64,000 nucleotides of DNA from IMG/VR virus record IMGVR_UViG_3300042560_001323, positions 62,001 through 126,000 of that record. One strand, given 5' to 3'. Shown one piece after another: positions 1 to 8,231 of this stretch. The notes under the pieces are model-generated. The model saw only the letters and a list, made by a program, of their open reading frames with translations. It had not been told where the DNA came from and did not search any database. A program made the position numbers and the translations under genes. The stretch's first letter is position 1; each line of letters begins with the position of its first letter.

Positions 1-983
1 TGTGCAGAATCTACTTGAGAAAGAGGAATCCAGGTTGCAGAAGTTGCATCGGAACCTCCCCGAACTTTCGGTAGTTCACCATCAGGAAGACAAATGTTAA
101 AGGCGTGAGTAATAGTCCTACCCCTTGAACTGCGTTGAATGGCATCAAAAACGTGAGTGTTCTTAATGTTTCCGCGAAGAACAGGAGAAGGAACTTTAAG
201 ACCAGTTTCTTCTCGGAGTTCTCTAATCATTGCATCCTCAAGAGATGCATCACTATTTGCATCCAAGAAGCCTCCTGGAAGTGCAAGCAATCCTCGCCCT
301 GGTTCAGAACGACGATTAATCATTAAGATGTGGCCAGATTGAATAACTACTGCATCTACAGTCACAAATGTTGGAGGATAAGGATATGATGCAAATTGTT
401 GCTTATACATTTCCTCAAACTGCCGCTCTCGGACAACTTGAGCAAACTCTTCAGTTTTCTTAAACACTTCAAGATATTCTAGGATACGTTGTGGAATAAC
501 TCCTTGAATAAAATTAAGATTGGAGTCATCCCTGAAATACAAATTCCTAATGTTAGTTGCACTCAATTCTTCAACAAGAGGAACCTCAACAAGTTCCCAC
601 TGGGGGAACATTTCAAGATAGTAAGAACTTTCATCTTTTTTGTGACCGATGATAGCCACCTTATCAGTGGGTGCAGTTTCGGCCTTTACAATTTCTTGAA
701 CTCGGACTGCCCAGGCAGTGTCATTGTATAGACTATCTCGAGTTCCTACAACTACAAAATCCAGTTCTTCTTCGTATCCAAGAATGGATAGAGTAGGAGA
801 AATCATATCATAACGGTCGCAGAGTGTAAATGGATTCTTATAGGTTCGCGGTTGATGAGCAGAACCGACCACAAGAATAACTTTATCTGCTAGTGCTGCT
901 GCTTGTTTGAAAATTTCTAGGTGTGCATTGTGAAACGGCTGAAATCTACCGATGAACACAATGGCATCGTATTGTTTGGTCAT
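1..983 (-). CDS. nadM: Bifunctional NMN adenylyltransferase / Nudix hydrolase (NadM-Nudix, NatV-like); 3' end runs off the window
   Basis: Missing from the ORF track; manual translation from ATG 983 gives MTKQYDAIVFIGRFQPFHNAHLEIF (GRFQPFH/HxGH-like motif) and a later Nudix box GGFLDANSDASLEDAMIRELREETG. Confidence 0.9.
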   Translation of the reverse strand, partial: MTKQYDAIVFIGRFQPFHNAHLEIFKQAAALADKVILVVGSAHQPRTYKNPFTLCDRYDMISPTLSILGYEEELDFVVVGTRDSLYNDTAWAVRVQEIVKAETAPTDKVAIIGHKKDESSYYLEMFPQWELVEVPLVEELSATNIRNLYFRDDSNLNFIQGVIPQRILEYLEVFKKTEEFAQVVRERQFEEMYKQQFASYPYPPTFVTVDAVVIQSGHILMINRRSEPGRGLLALPGGFLDANSDASLEDAMIRELREETGLKVPSPVLRGNIKNTHVFDAIQRSSRGRTITHAFNICLPDGELPKVRGGSDATSATWIPLSQVDSA

Positions 984-1044
984 TGTAAGCTCCTTACAAA
1001 TGGTTTATGTGTGGAGCGTCTATCGCTCCAGGATTATATAGTAG

Positions 1045-1192
1045 TAACAAAAACCAATAAAAGTTCAAAAACTCTATTGGTTTTCTAGACGCTTCATGGC
1101 AGATGCTAAGTGGTGATAATCACCGCTCAGTCTTAATTCCGCTCCACGTCCGTAATCTGCATACTCTGCAGATGAAAGTTCTTTATCGGTTA
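1045..1192 (-). ncRNA. Dispersed structured RNA cassette, copy 1 (most divergent)
   Basis: Shares core TACGGACGTGGAGCGGAATTAAGACT...TTAGCATCTGC..TGAAGCGTCT, a GAGTA-loop hairpin and a 3' hairpin with copies at 30.9, 31.5 and 50.6 kb, with compensatory changes. Confidence 0.8.
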
Positions 1193-1232
1193 GATTTCTC
1201 CAACCTTCTTTAAGAATGTGACAGATTCCGAA

Positions 1233-1292
1233 GTGGCACACAGAAAACAATCACATCGCAAATCCAATAGCTCGGGCTTCTTTCTTCTTGGT
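1233..1292 (-). repeat. 60-bp duplicate of the AAA ATPase 3' end and its downstream motif (2241-2300)
   Basis: 59/60 nt identical; encodes TKKKEARAIGFAM-stop out of context. Confidence 0.9.
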
Positions 1293-1341
1293 GGTGTGGT
1301 TAATGAGTTATTGTTAAAGAATTTCTTGGGTTTCATTTGTT

Positions 1342-1641
1342 TTAATCGATAATAATAGCAGGAATTTCTTCTTCGGTCCACCCTAGACTTTCGGGGGTGA
1401 CTTGCTTATTGCAGCTAAACCAATGTCCTAGTTTTTTAAACGAATACTTGAATATATAACCTTTATTGTCTGTAGTCTTTACTACATTGTTGGTATAGAT
1501 GTCAATTTCATCCTCTAAGTCCTCGTCTCCTTCGTAGTTGCCGTCACTTTTATAGAAGAGAACTTCTACATCATCCATTTCTTCAGGAAATTCATTCAGT
1601 TTTTGTTTTAAGTCTTTGAGTTTCATTAGTCTTTCATCCAA
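1342..1641 (-). CDS. Hypothetical protein
   Basis: 99 aa ORF, phage-like MKLKDLKQKL start, on the strand of its neighbours. Confidence 0.7.
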   Translation of the reverse strand: MDERLMKLKDLKQKLNEFPEEMDDVEVLFYKSDGNYEGDEDLEDEIDIYTNNVVKTTDNKGYIFKYSFKKLGHWFSCNKQVTPESLGWTEEEIPAIIID

Positions 1642-1937
1642 CGGTTAGAGGAAGTCAAAAATCCAATTTTCAGAGTGCTCCTTTTATGAGTAAAAGTAAA
1701 AGAAAGAACCTCATCCTCGCTTAAAACATTAGAGGTAAAATTAAAGAAGGGAATGGACCAAGGGTACTCTTCTCTTCCAAAAAAAACTTTAAAGAAACAG
1801 AGGTCACAAGATGTTCCACCCCGAGGATTTTCAGTTTGAATGAATTCACAAAAATAAACAAGATTCTCTTCATCACAAACATTGATGAAATCAAAGAATT
1901 TTACAAATTTCATCGGGTAGTATTTATTAAATTTCAT
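1626..1937 (-). CDS. Hypothetical protein
   Basis: Start refined to MKFNKYY (ATGA overlap with the upstream stop). Confidence 0.55.
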   Translation of the reverse strand: MKFNKYYPMKFVKFFDFINVCDEENLVYFCEFIQTENPRGGTSCDLCFFKVFFGREEYPWSIPFFNFTSNVLSEDEVLSFTFTHKRSTLKIGFLTSSNRWMKD

Positions 1938-2194
1938 TGATTGAGTTCCTCCATTAGGTTTGCGATGTGATGAAGGTCTGTGCATTTTACTGCGGCAATT
2001 TTAAAATCTTCATAACCATCAGCAGTATAAATGTCTTCACTCTCTCTTTCAGCTAAGACACGAAGAATGGCAGCAATAGCATCATACTTATTACTGGTGC
2101 TATCGTAAGCATCAATGAGTTTTTCATATTCTTTCAGGACATATTCTCTTTGTTTTTGGTCCATTTTAAGTTCCTTTGATTGCTCTAACAACAT
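1934..2194 (-). CDS. Hypothetical protein
   Basis: 86 aa ORF in operon context. Confidence 0.7.
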   Translation of the reverse strand: MLLEQSKELKMDQKQREYVLKEYEKLIDAYDSTSNKYDAIAAILRVLAERESEDIYTADGYEDFKIAAVKCTDLHHIANLMEELNQ

Positions 2195-2225
2195 AGCCCA
2201 TCTACGCTGTCTCTTGATTGGTGGT

Positions 2226-2247
2226 GTGCCACTTCAAGCGGTGGCAC
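2226..2247. promoter_or_regulatory. Dyad motif GTGCCA-N10-TGGCAC (member of a genome-wide operator-like family)
   Basis: Perfect palindrome; related dyads at 1218, 3417, 20205, 37897, 39131, 48345, 49691, 54720, 57296, 57612, 58565. Confidence 0.65.
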
Positions 2248-2258
2248 ACAGAAAACAA

Positions 2259-3371
2259 TCACATCGCAAATCCAATAGCGCGGGCTTCTTTCTTCTTGGT
2301 ATTTTTTTGAGAGTTGAAAATCTCAGCAATTGTGAAGTTTTTCTCAGGAAGTTCAACTTCTACGCCTTGCTTCTCCGCAACAGCAATTGCCTCATCTTTA
2401 GTAAGTTGACGGAACTGTAGAACATCAAAGCAACGACCTGGACGAATAAGGGCTTGGTCAACATCACTGAGACTGGCCAGGTTTGTCGTAAAGATAATCT
2501 TTTTATCAGACGATGAGATTAGACCATCACCAGCATTAAGAAACTTGTGAATAGTCCGGTTTCCGCTCTCACGGGAAGTCAAATATGCATCGGCGTCCTC
2601 AAAGATAAGATAGTTTACCGAAGAGTCATTAATGAAACTACTCAGGAAATTGTCGCTTTTAAGAATTGCATCATCATAGGAGAGTAGGGCATTCTTTTTT
2701 AAATGATGTAGTAGCCCACGAATGAACGTCGTTTTACCGGTTCCAGGTGGTCCCTGGAGCAAAAGAATAGAGGCAGAAGATGAGTTAAACCGTTCATAAT
2801 ATTCCTCAAGGCTTTCACCATTGAGGAAAGGATACATCTCAGTGAAAGGAGTATTCTTTATCTCCAGCTCTTTTGTAACTTTAACCATTTTATGATTGTC
2901 ATCCGTAAAACACCAGTTAATCATACATTTTTGTTCTTCGGTGTATTTTTCAAAATGTTCATATAGAACTGCGATAAATTTTTCAATTTCTTCTTTATCT
3001 CCACGCATCATTACATTAAAACTACGAGTATTAGATGTAATTGCGAAGTTTACAATAATATTATCAAAAATCAAACTATATGTATTAGTCGGACAAGTTG
3101 TGAATACTTGTGGTTTAGGATCGGGAAAAATTGTAATAAAATCTTCAAATTTTTCCCGAAATGCTTCATTAACCCCATTGTTTATCTGGCATTTCGGGGC
3201 CTCTAGATACACGTCTTCTGTGTGTAAATTTTTTCCTGCGTTAATATAATTAACAATAAATTGAGCATTGATGGCATTACGAAGCTCGTAACTACCAAAA
3301 GAATTATTATTTTGATGAAGAGTTGGGGCGGGAATGGTAAGACGGGTTTCGGTCATCTTGATTAATTTCAA
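2259..3371 (-). CDS. AAA+ ATPase
   Basis: Walker A GPPGTGKT, Walker B LIFED, SRH-like ALIRPGRCFD; paralog of 34057-35130. Confidence 0.9.
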   Translation of the reverse strand: MKLIKMTETRLTIPAPTLHQNNNSFGSYELRNAINAQFIVNYINAGKNLHTEDVYLEAPKCQINNGVNEAFREKFEDFITIFPDPKPQVFTTCPTNTYSLIFDNIIVNFAITSNTRSFNVMMRGDKEEIEKFIAVLYEHFEKYTEEQKCMINWCFTDDNHKMVKVTKELEIKNTPFTEMYPFLNGESLEEYYERFNSSSASILLLQGPPGTGKTTFIRGLLHHLKKNALLSYDDAILKSDNFLSSFINDSSVNYLIFEDADAYLTSRESGNRTIHKFLNAGDGLISSSDKKIIFTTNLASLSDVDQALIRPGRCFDVLQFRQLTKDEAIAVAEKQGVEVELPEKNFTIAEIFNSQKNTKKKEARAIGFAM

Positions 3372-3426
3372 AGGTTTCTAGAGCCTAACACTTATAGGAA
3401 CCTTTGGTTGGGTTGTGTGCCAGTTG

Positions 3427-3678
3427 TCAAACCGTCACGGTGTAGGTGCGGGTGATGACACTATTAACGATGAAGTCTTGACTAACACAAGTTAGGGCAA
3501 ACTCAAGAGCATCTTTCATTGTGTAACACTCTTTCCTAAGAATTGTGAGATCGTGTTTGTGGTGATATAAAACAACAAAGTTGCCTTTAGTTTCCTGTTC
3601 AATGGGTATTGTAAATTCTTCACCGAGATAGTCTACATATTCGTCATAGACTTCACCGGGACATTCTGAATAGAACAT
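3427..3678 (-). CDS. Hypothetical protein
   Basis: 83 aa ORF downstream of a putative promoter. Confidence 0.6.
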   Translation of the reverse strand: MFYSECPGEVYDEYVDYLGEEFTIPIEQETKGNFVVLYHHKHDLTILRKECYTMKDALEFALTCVSQDFIVNSVITRTYTVTV

Positions 3679-3727
3679 ATTTGTTTATGAAAAACTTATA
3701 CTAGCATCAAAATAAGGGACTCGGCTT

Positions 3728-3904
3728 TTACTGTGCCACTTCAGAATCTGTCACATAAGTCGGAGCATTTAAACAACAAAATTCGTTAAAGATGATCTTC
3801 ATTTCTTTGTTAGTTAGATTTGCATTGTCTGCGGCTTTAGGAACATTCCATTTTGCAGCAAATAGCATCTCAAGTGATTTTTTAGTTTCAGGTCTTGTGC
3901 TCAT
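3728..3904 (-). CDS. Conserved cyanophage hypothetical protein
   Basis: KKSLEMLFAAKWNVPKAA...LTNKEMK resembles a T4-like cyanophage core ORF. Confidence 0.7.
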   Translation of the reverse strand: MSTRPETKKSLEMLFAAKWNVPKAADNANLTNKEMKIIFNEFCCLNAPTYVTDSEVAQ

Positions 3905-4104
3905 TCTGACACATCCTCCCAATCTTCTTTTTTTAAGGTCTTGTCCATATACTCAACAATATTCAAAAATTCGGTTGGGGTATCACAAACAATTTCTTTT
4001 ACACCCCCAGTATTAGAATAAAGTCTAACCGACCTTTCTAAAACATTAACCGCATAGCCAATTAAATAATCATTCATCAACTTCAATCTCCAATGGGGAA
4101 ACAT
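3901..4104 (-). CDS. Conserved cyanophage hypothetical protein
   Basis: VRLYSNTGGVKEIVCDTPTEFLNIV resembles a cyanophage ORF that follows the gp5 region. Confidence 0.7.
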   Translation of the reverse strand: MFPHWRLKLMNDYLIGYAVNVLERSVRLYSNTGGVKEIVCDTPTEFLNIVEYMDKTLKKEDWEDVSE

Positions 4105-4726
4105 CTTTTCTTGTTGCCGTAACTGTATAAAAACAGTTAATAATTTGATCGTTATTTGATTTAATTTTTATATCTGGGTATGTTGCCTCTACAACTAAAT
4201 CTTGAGACGTTCCAATCTGAGTTAGACTTACATTAATTGTTGAGTAGTCTACAAGGTCTTCCCAATAATCTGGGACTTCAATAATTGAAGAATCAAACAA
4301 CCTACCTCTGATATAAACCGCAATTTCTGGTCCTTCTAAACAGGCGTGTCTTAAACGCTTATTTGGTTTTGAGGGATGTGGAATATCAAACAGTTTATAT
4401 GGAGCAGAAAGACTAGTAAAGGTTCCTAGTGGTGCCCTTATTTCAGCCTGACACTCAACCAGCGGGCTATTTAGAGAGATTAAAGTTGACTTAACCGAAA
4501 ACTCAGAAAGTTGTCCGACCGAATGGCTGAAGTTTAATTTAGTATCAGTTGAAAGCTCACAATATGCATATTGGCTCGGGTTACTACCAACCCAAATTGC
4601 AGCAACATTACCCGAATAGTTGATGCCAAAGTTCAGAGCGTCCGGGTCATATTCATAATCTTCATTTGGATAATCATATTGGTTACGGATAAAAGACCCG
4701 TAATAGCGGTTATAATCATAGGCCAT
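4070..4726 (-). CDS. Virion/baseplate-associated protein, paralog of 4716-5345
   Basis: Shared domain HPSKPNKRLRHACLEGPE..VY.RGR...PDYW. Confidence 0.75.
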   Translation of the reverse strand: MAYDYNRYYGSFIRNQYDYPNEDYEYDPDALNFGINYSGNVAAIWVGSNPSQYAYCELSTDTKLNFSHSVGQLSEFSVKSTLISLNSPLVECQAEIRAPLGTFTSLSAPYKLFDIPHPSKPNKRLRHACLEGPEIAVYIRGRLFDSSIIEVPDYWEDLVDYSTINVSLTQIGTSQDLVVEATYPDIKIKSNNDQIINCFYTVTATRKDVSPLEIEVDE

Positions 4727-5345
4727 ATTCTTCTGGATTCACCTCTACTTTAAGTTTTTCAATATCTTTTCTTGTTCCATAAACGTGATAGTAGCAATCA
4801 ATAGGAGCGCCAATGCTAGACTCTTTAATATAAATTTTGCACCCTTTGATTACCTCAACAAATAGATTCTGCGAGTGTCCAATGGGTTGAAGTTGAACAG
4901 TAATAGAATCTTCATCAACAAAGTTTACCCAATAATCTGGCAGTTCAATATAATTTTTATCGGTTATCCTACCTCTTACATAAACACCGTTTTCTGGCCC
5001 CTCTAGGGCAACGTGAACTAACTTCTTATTTGGTTTTGTTGGGTGGTCAATAACAAATGGCTTAGCCGTTGTTGCTGCAACAACATCTCCGACAATAACT
5101 CCTTTGACTCTAACTCCACCGTGAAAATATGCGGACCAAAATGCAGGAGTTTTTACCTCATCATTAACCTGTGGTGCAACCATAAGGGCTGCGGGAATTA
5201 CTGGAAATCTTGCAACATTACCAACTGCAAGTGGCCCTTCAATATAAGAAGAACCTCTTACTTCAGTTGGCCCCCTACCCAATGCATTCGGGGCACCTTC
5301 GCCAACAAAAAGCCTTTTACCAACATATAAATCTGGAACTTTCAT
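4716..5345 (-). CDS. Virion/baseplate-associated protein
   Basis: HPTKPNKKLVHVALEGPENGVYVRGR motif; adjacent to the gp5 genes. Confidence 0.75.
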   Translation of the reverse strand: MKVPDLYVGKRLFVGEGAPNALGRGPTEVRGSSYIEGPLAVGNVARFPVIPAALMVAPQVNDEVKTPAFWSAYFHGGVRVKGVIVGDVVAATTAKPFVIDHPTKPNKKLVHVALEGPENGVYVRGRITDKNYIELPDYWVNFVDEDSITVQLQPIGHSQNLFVEVIKGCKIYIKESSIGAPIDCYYHVYGTRKDIEKLKVEVNPEEYGL

Positions 5346-5927
5346 TTACTTGTACTTTTCCTCATTTGTTGAACCACCTTTTGAGCCGTTAATTTTTGTT
5401 GCACCATCTGCACAATCAATTAAACCGCCATAGATGTTAAGTATTGCCTTTCCGACTAAATCGATTTGATTATCGGAGACCAATCTCGTTGAAACTTTTG
5501 ACTTTACTGAAATAATGGGGGCGGTTACAATTACCTTCTCGTTTGCATCAATAGTTATGTTACCATTTTGTCCATCTCCGCCTCTGGCAATAAGGTCAAT
5601 ATTTTCCCCAATAAAGCGGATTCTACCCTTTCCTGCATTAATAACAATGTCACCGTTAACCGCCTCAATATAGACTCCAATATTTTCTTCAATGCCAGAA
5701 CTTTTTACATTATCTCCGGCTTTAATCTGAAATGCCCCAGTTGACCTACAGATTGTTCCGTGTTTTCTGTGGGGCTGTCCTTCGGAATCCATTGAGATAT
5801 AATGATTGGATTCTGCACCACTTCTCAGAAGAACAGAAGCAATCTTGCTATCATCGTGAATGTGACCAAATTTTAATTCACCGTCTTTTGTTCCATATCT
5901 AACGGCATTATCATTTTCTGCGCTCAT
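5346..5927 (-). CDS. Baseplate spike / gp5 C-terminal-like beta-helix protein
   Basis: Beta-strand-rich repeats; directly follows the gp5-like gene. Confidence 0.65.
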   Translation of the reverse strand: MSAENDNAVRYGTKDGELKFGHIHDDSKIASVLLRSGAESNHYISMDSEGQPHRKHGTICRSTGAFQIKAGDNVKSSGIEENIGVYIEAVNGDIVINAGKGRIRFIGENIDLIARGGDGQNGNITIDANEKVIVTAPIISVKSKVSTRLVSDNQIDLVGKAILNIYGGLIDCADGATKINGSKGGSTNEEKYK

Positions 5928-8225
5928 TTATTTTCCGGGGCAATCTACGACGTTAATGACCTTTTCACGGTTCACTGGCACAATAGTTAGGTTATCACCA
6001 ACTCTCTCTACACAGAGCCGTGCAATAAGATTTACCCTATAGCCAGTTTGAGACTGAATATAGATTTTTGGCATTTCTGTAAATCCTTCACCTTTTGTAA
6101 GAACATCAATTTTTATGATGGCTCCATTAGGACTTATTGTTGCTCTTGCGGTTGCTCCATTTGGAGGCTCAATAATAACTTGATCGCTTTGCGAGTAGCC
6201 AAATCCACTTTCTCTAATAATAACGTCACAGAGTTTTAGAATGACTGGGTATTGGCCATTTGATTTGGATGGATAGATTGCAGTTGGGGGTTTAACTGGA
6301 TCAGTCAAGGTTCTACCATCTCCACCTAAACTTCCATCTGGTGCAGAAAGATAACCGGAGCCCATATCTGTTATAACTACTTTAGTTACTCCAGTTGTAG
6401 TTGTTCCATTTGTTCCGGTTGCATTTGTTCCGGTTGTAGTTGTTCCATTTGTTCCGGTTGTAGTAGTGGAGGTGGTTCCAGAAATTTGAGCATTGACCAC
6501 ACCAATAATAGCAGTAGCAACCGCACCAGAACCTTTACCGCAAGCATCATAAAACTTTATTAGAGGAGAAGATGTATAACCCCCACCTGGATTTGTTATG
6601 TCAATTCCGATAACCTGACCCAATGCACTAACAATTGCATTACCGGCTGCACCGGTTCCACCTCCACCAGAGAATTGAATAGTTGGGGGACCACAAGAAA
6701 TAGCACCCACATTACAGGTATCTTGAAATGCATCACTAAAATCTAAATCAAAGTTAAAATTATCGGGGTCAACAGACTGTTGGACATTTGTAGCAAATGA
6801 CTTCATTTTACTAATCAATCCCGAAATATCCGTGATATCTCCCGCAATAGATTCTGGTCCGTCCCATATACTCCATTCTTTTATCTTTGCACAGGATGGT
6901 TCTTCATCACAAGAAATACCCGAAAGAAGATCGCTAACAAACCCGAGAATATCTGAAACAACATCAAATATACCGAAAACTGCCTTCAACGGAGCAAGAA
7001 TTAAATCAATTGCACCGGTAAGGAGACCTGTAATTTTACCAATAAGAGCCCCGACAAAGTTTTCAACCGCGCACAGTGGAGTATTGATAAGATAATCCAC
7101 TGCGGATGCAAGAAACTTTGCAACCATTTTAATAAGATTTTTGATTATCTTCCTGAACAAACAGGCCAATAAATCATTTGCTTTTTCAACCTTATCTATT
7201 GCCTTCTGGAGTTCACTTGGAAATAGAGTATAATATACATTCTTAAGTTTATCGTTAATTTGATTAATTATAAACTGTTGTATTTGTGTGATTAGGGTTT
7301 TCAGAGGAACAGAAATAAATTTTGAGACCTCTTGAATTTTTACCTTAAGATATTCATCAATGCTATATTGTTTTCCTTCTTTATTTTGATATGTATCAAT
7401 TGAATTAGTAAATCCAGATGAGAATACTTCATTTAAAGTTGTGCTAACCCCGATAGGAGAGTTAAAAGAGCCAAGTGCATTAAAAGGAATAAATGCTGCT
7501 GAATATGCTCCACTCGCAATGGTGCTAATACCAGATGAATTAATATTGAAATTTTGAAGAGTCGTTGATCCTATTTCAATAGAAGGGCTCTGACCAATAC
7601 TGGCAAGACTATTTTTTTGATTGGCAAACCACAATTTTGCATCAGTTATTTCTCTGATGAACTTCTTTAAACTGCTCTGAATTGCCCCGAGTGGCACTTT
7701 TTCACAGGTTGTTGGCGCCTCAAGAAATGTCGTAAAAACTCCATCTTGAAGTTCAAAATAGTTGGCAACATTTTCGTAGAACATTGCATTAGCCGAAGAC
7801 TCAATGAATCCTTTCTTTGGCGAAATATTATAAACTGGTGGTTGTTCTTTGCCGTTAAAGGCACTAAATGGAGTAAACCCTACGGCAGACGTTCCAAATA
7901 ATGTTTGTTCATTAGTGCCAAGACAGCCAGTAATAAAGTATCTTTCTCCAATTTGTGAGACCCAGACGAATGAACCCTCGGTCAAATTTGCAGTTTGATA
8001 ATTAGCCCTATGGCCAGTTCCTGCGGTTACAGGATACATTACTTCCAACCAAGGAAGATTTATATCAGGAAGAATTGACTTATTTTCAGAATGAATACCT
8101 TGGATTCTTACGGGATACCTTTTACCCCATCCTTTATTTGCTCCAGGTTTCCATTTTCCAGATGCGGAATTGCTTTTCCAAAAATCAGGTGGTATTTGGC
8201 CAATAAAGAAGTTATTATTTCCCAT
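5928..8225 (-). CDS. Baseplate hub subunit gp5-like
   Basis: N-terminal OB-fold signature RYPVRIQGIH...LPWLEVMYPVTAG; Gly-rich GxGY repeats; Thr/Gly low-complexity tract near 6380-6480. Confidence 0.85.
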   Translation of the reverse strand: MGNNNFFIGQIPPDFWKSNSASGKWKPGANKGWGKRYPVRIQGIHSENKSILPDINLPWLEVMYPVTAGTGHRANYQTANLTEGSFVWVSQIGERYFITGCLGTNEQTLFGTSAVGFTPFSAFNGKEQPPVYNISPKKGFIESSANAMFYENVANYFELQDGVFTTFLEAPTTCEKVPLGAIQSSLKKFIREITDAKLWFANQKNSLASIGQSPSIEIGSTTLQNFNINSSGISTIASGAYSAAFIPFNALGSFNSPIGVSTTLNEVFSSGFTNSIDTYQNKEGKQYSIDEYLKVKIQEVSKFISVPLKTLITQIQQFIINQINDKLKNVYYTLFPSELQKAIDKVEKANDLLACLFRKIIKNLIKMVAKFLASAVDYLINTPLCAVENFVGALIGKITGLLTGAIDLILAPLKAVFGIFDVVSDILGFVSDLLSGISCDEEPSCAKIKEWSIWDGPESIAGDITDISGLISKMKSFATNVQQSVDPDNFNFDLDFSDAFQDTCNVGAISCGPPTIQFSGGGGTGAAGNAIVSALGQVIGIDITNPGGGYTSSPLIKFYDACGKGSGAVATAIIGVVNAQISGTTSTTTTGTNGTTTTGTNATGTNGTTTTGVTKVVITDMGSGYLSAPDGSLGGDGRTLTDPVKPPTAIYPSKSNGQYPVILKLCDVIIRESGFGYSQSDQVIIEPPNGATARATISPNGAIIKIDVLTKGEGFTEMPKIYIQSQTGYRVNLIARLCVERVGDNLTIVPVNREKVINVVDCPGK

Positions 8226-8231
8226 TAAATT

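Noticed and set aside
135-731. Plus-strand ORFs here and most other plus-strand ORFs of 60-130 aa overlapping long minus-strand genes
   Set aside because: Antisense shadows of well-supported genes, without motifs or their own promoters
1087-1173. Repeated RNA as a known self-cleaving ribozyme (hammerhead, twister, pistol, hatchet, HDV/theta) or riboswitch
   Set aside because: The conserved catalytic or ligand-binding motifs I recall for these classes are absent; left unassigned pending an Rfam search
6380-6480. TTTGTNG tandem repeats in gp5
   Set aside because: Ordinary low-complexity linker inside a structural protein
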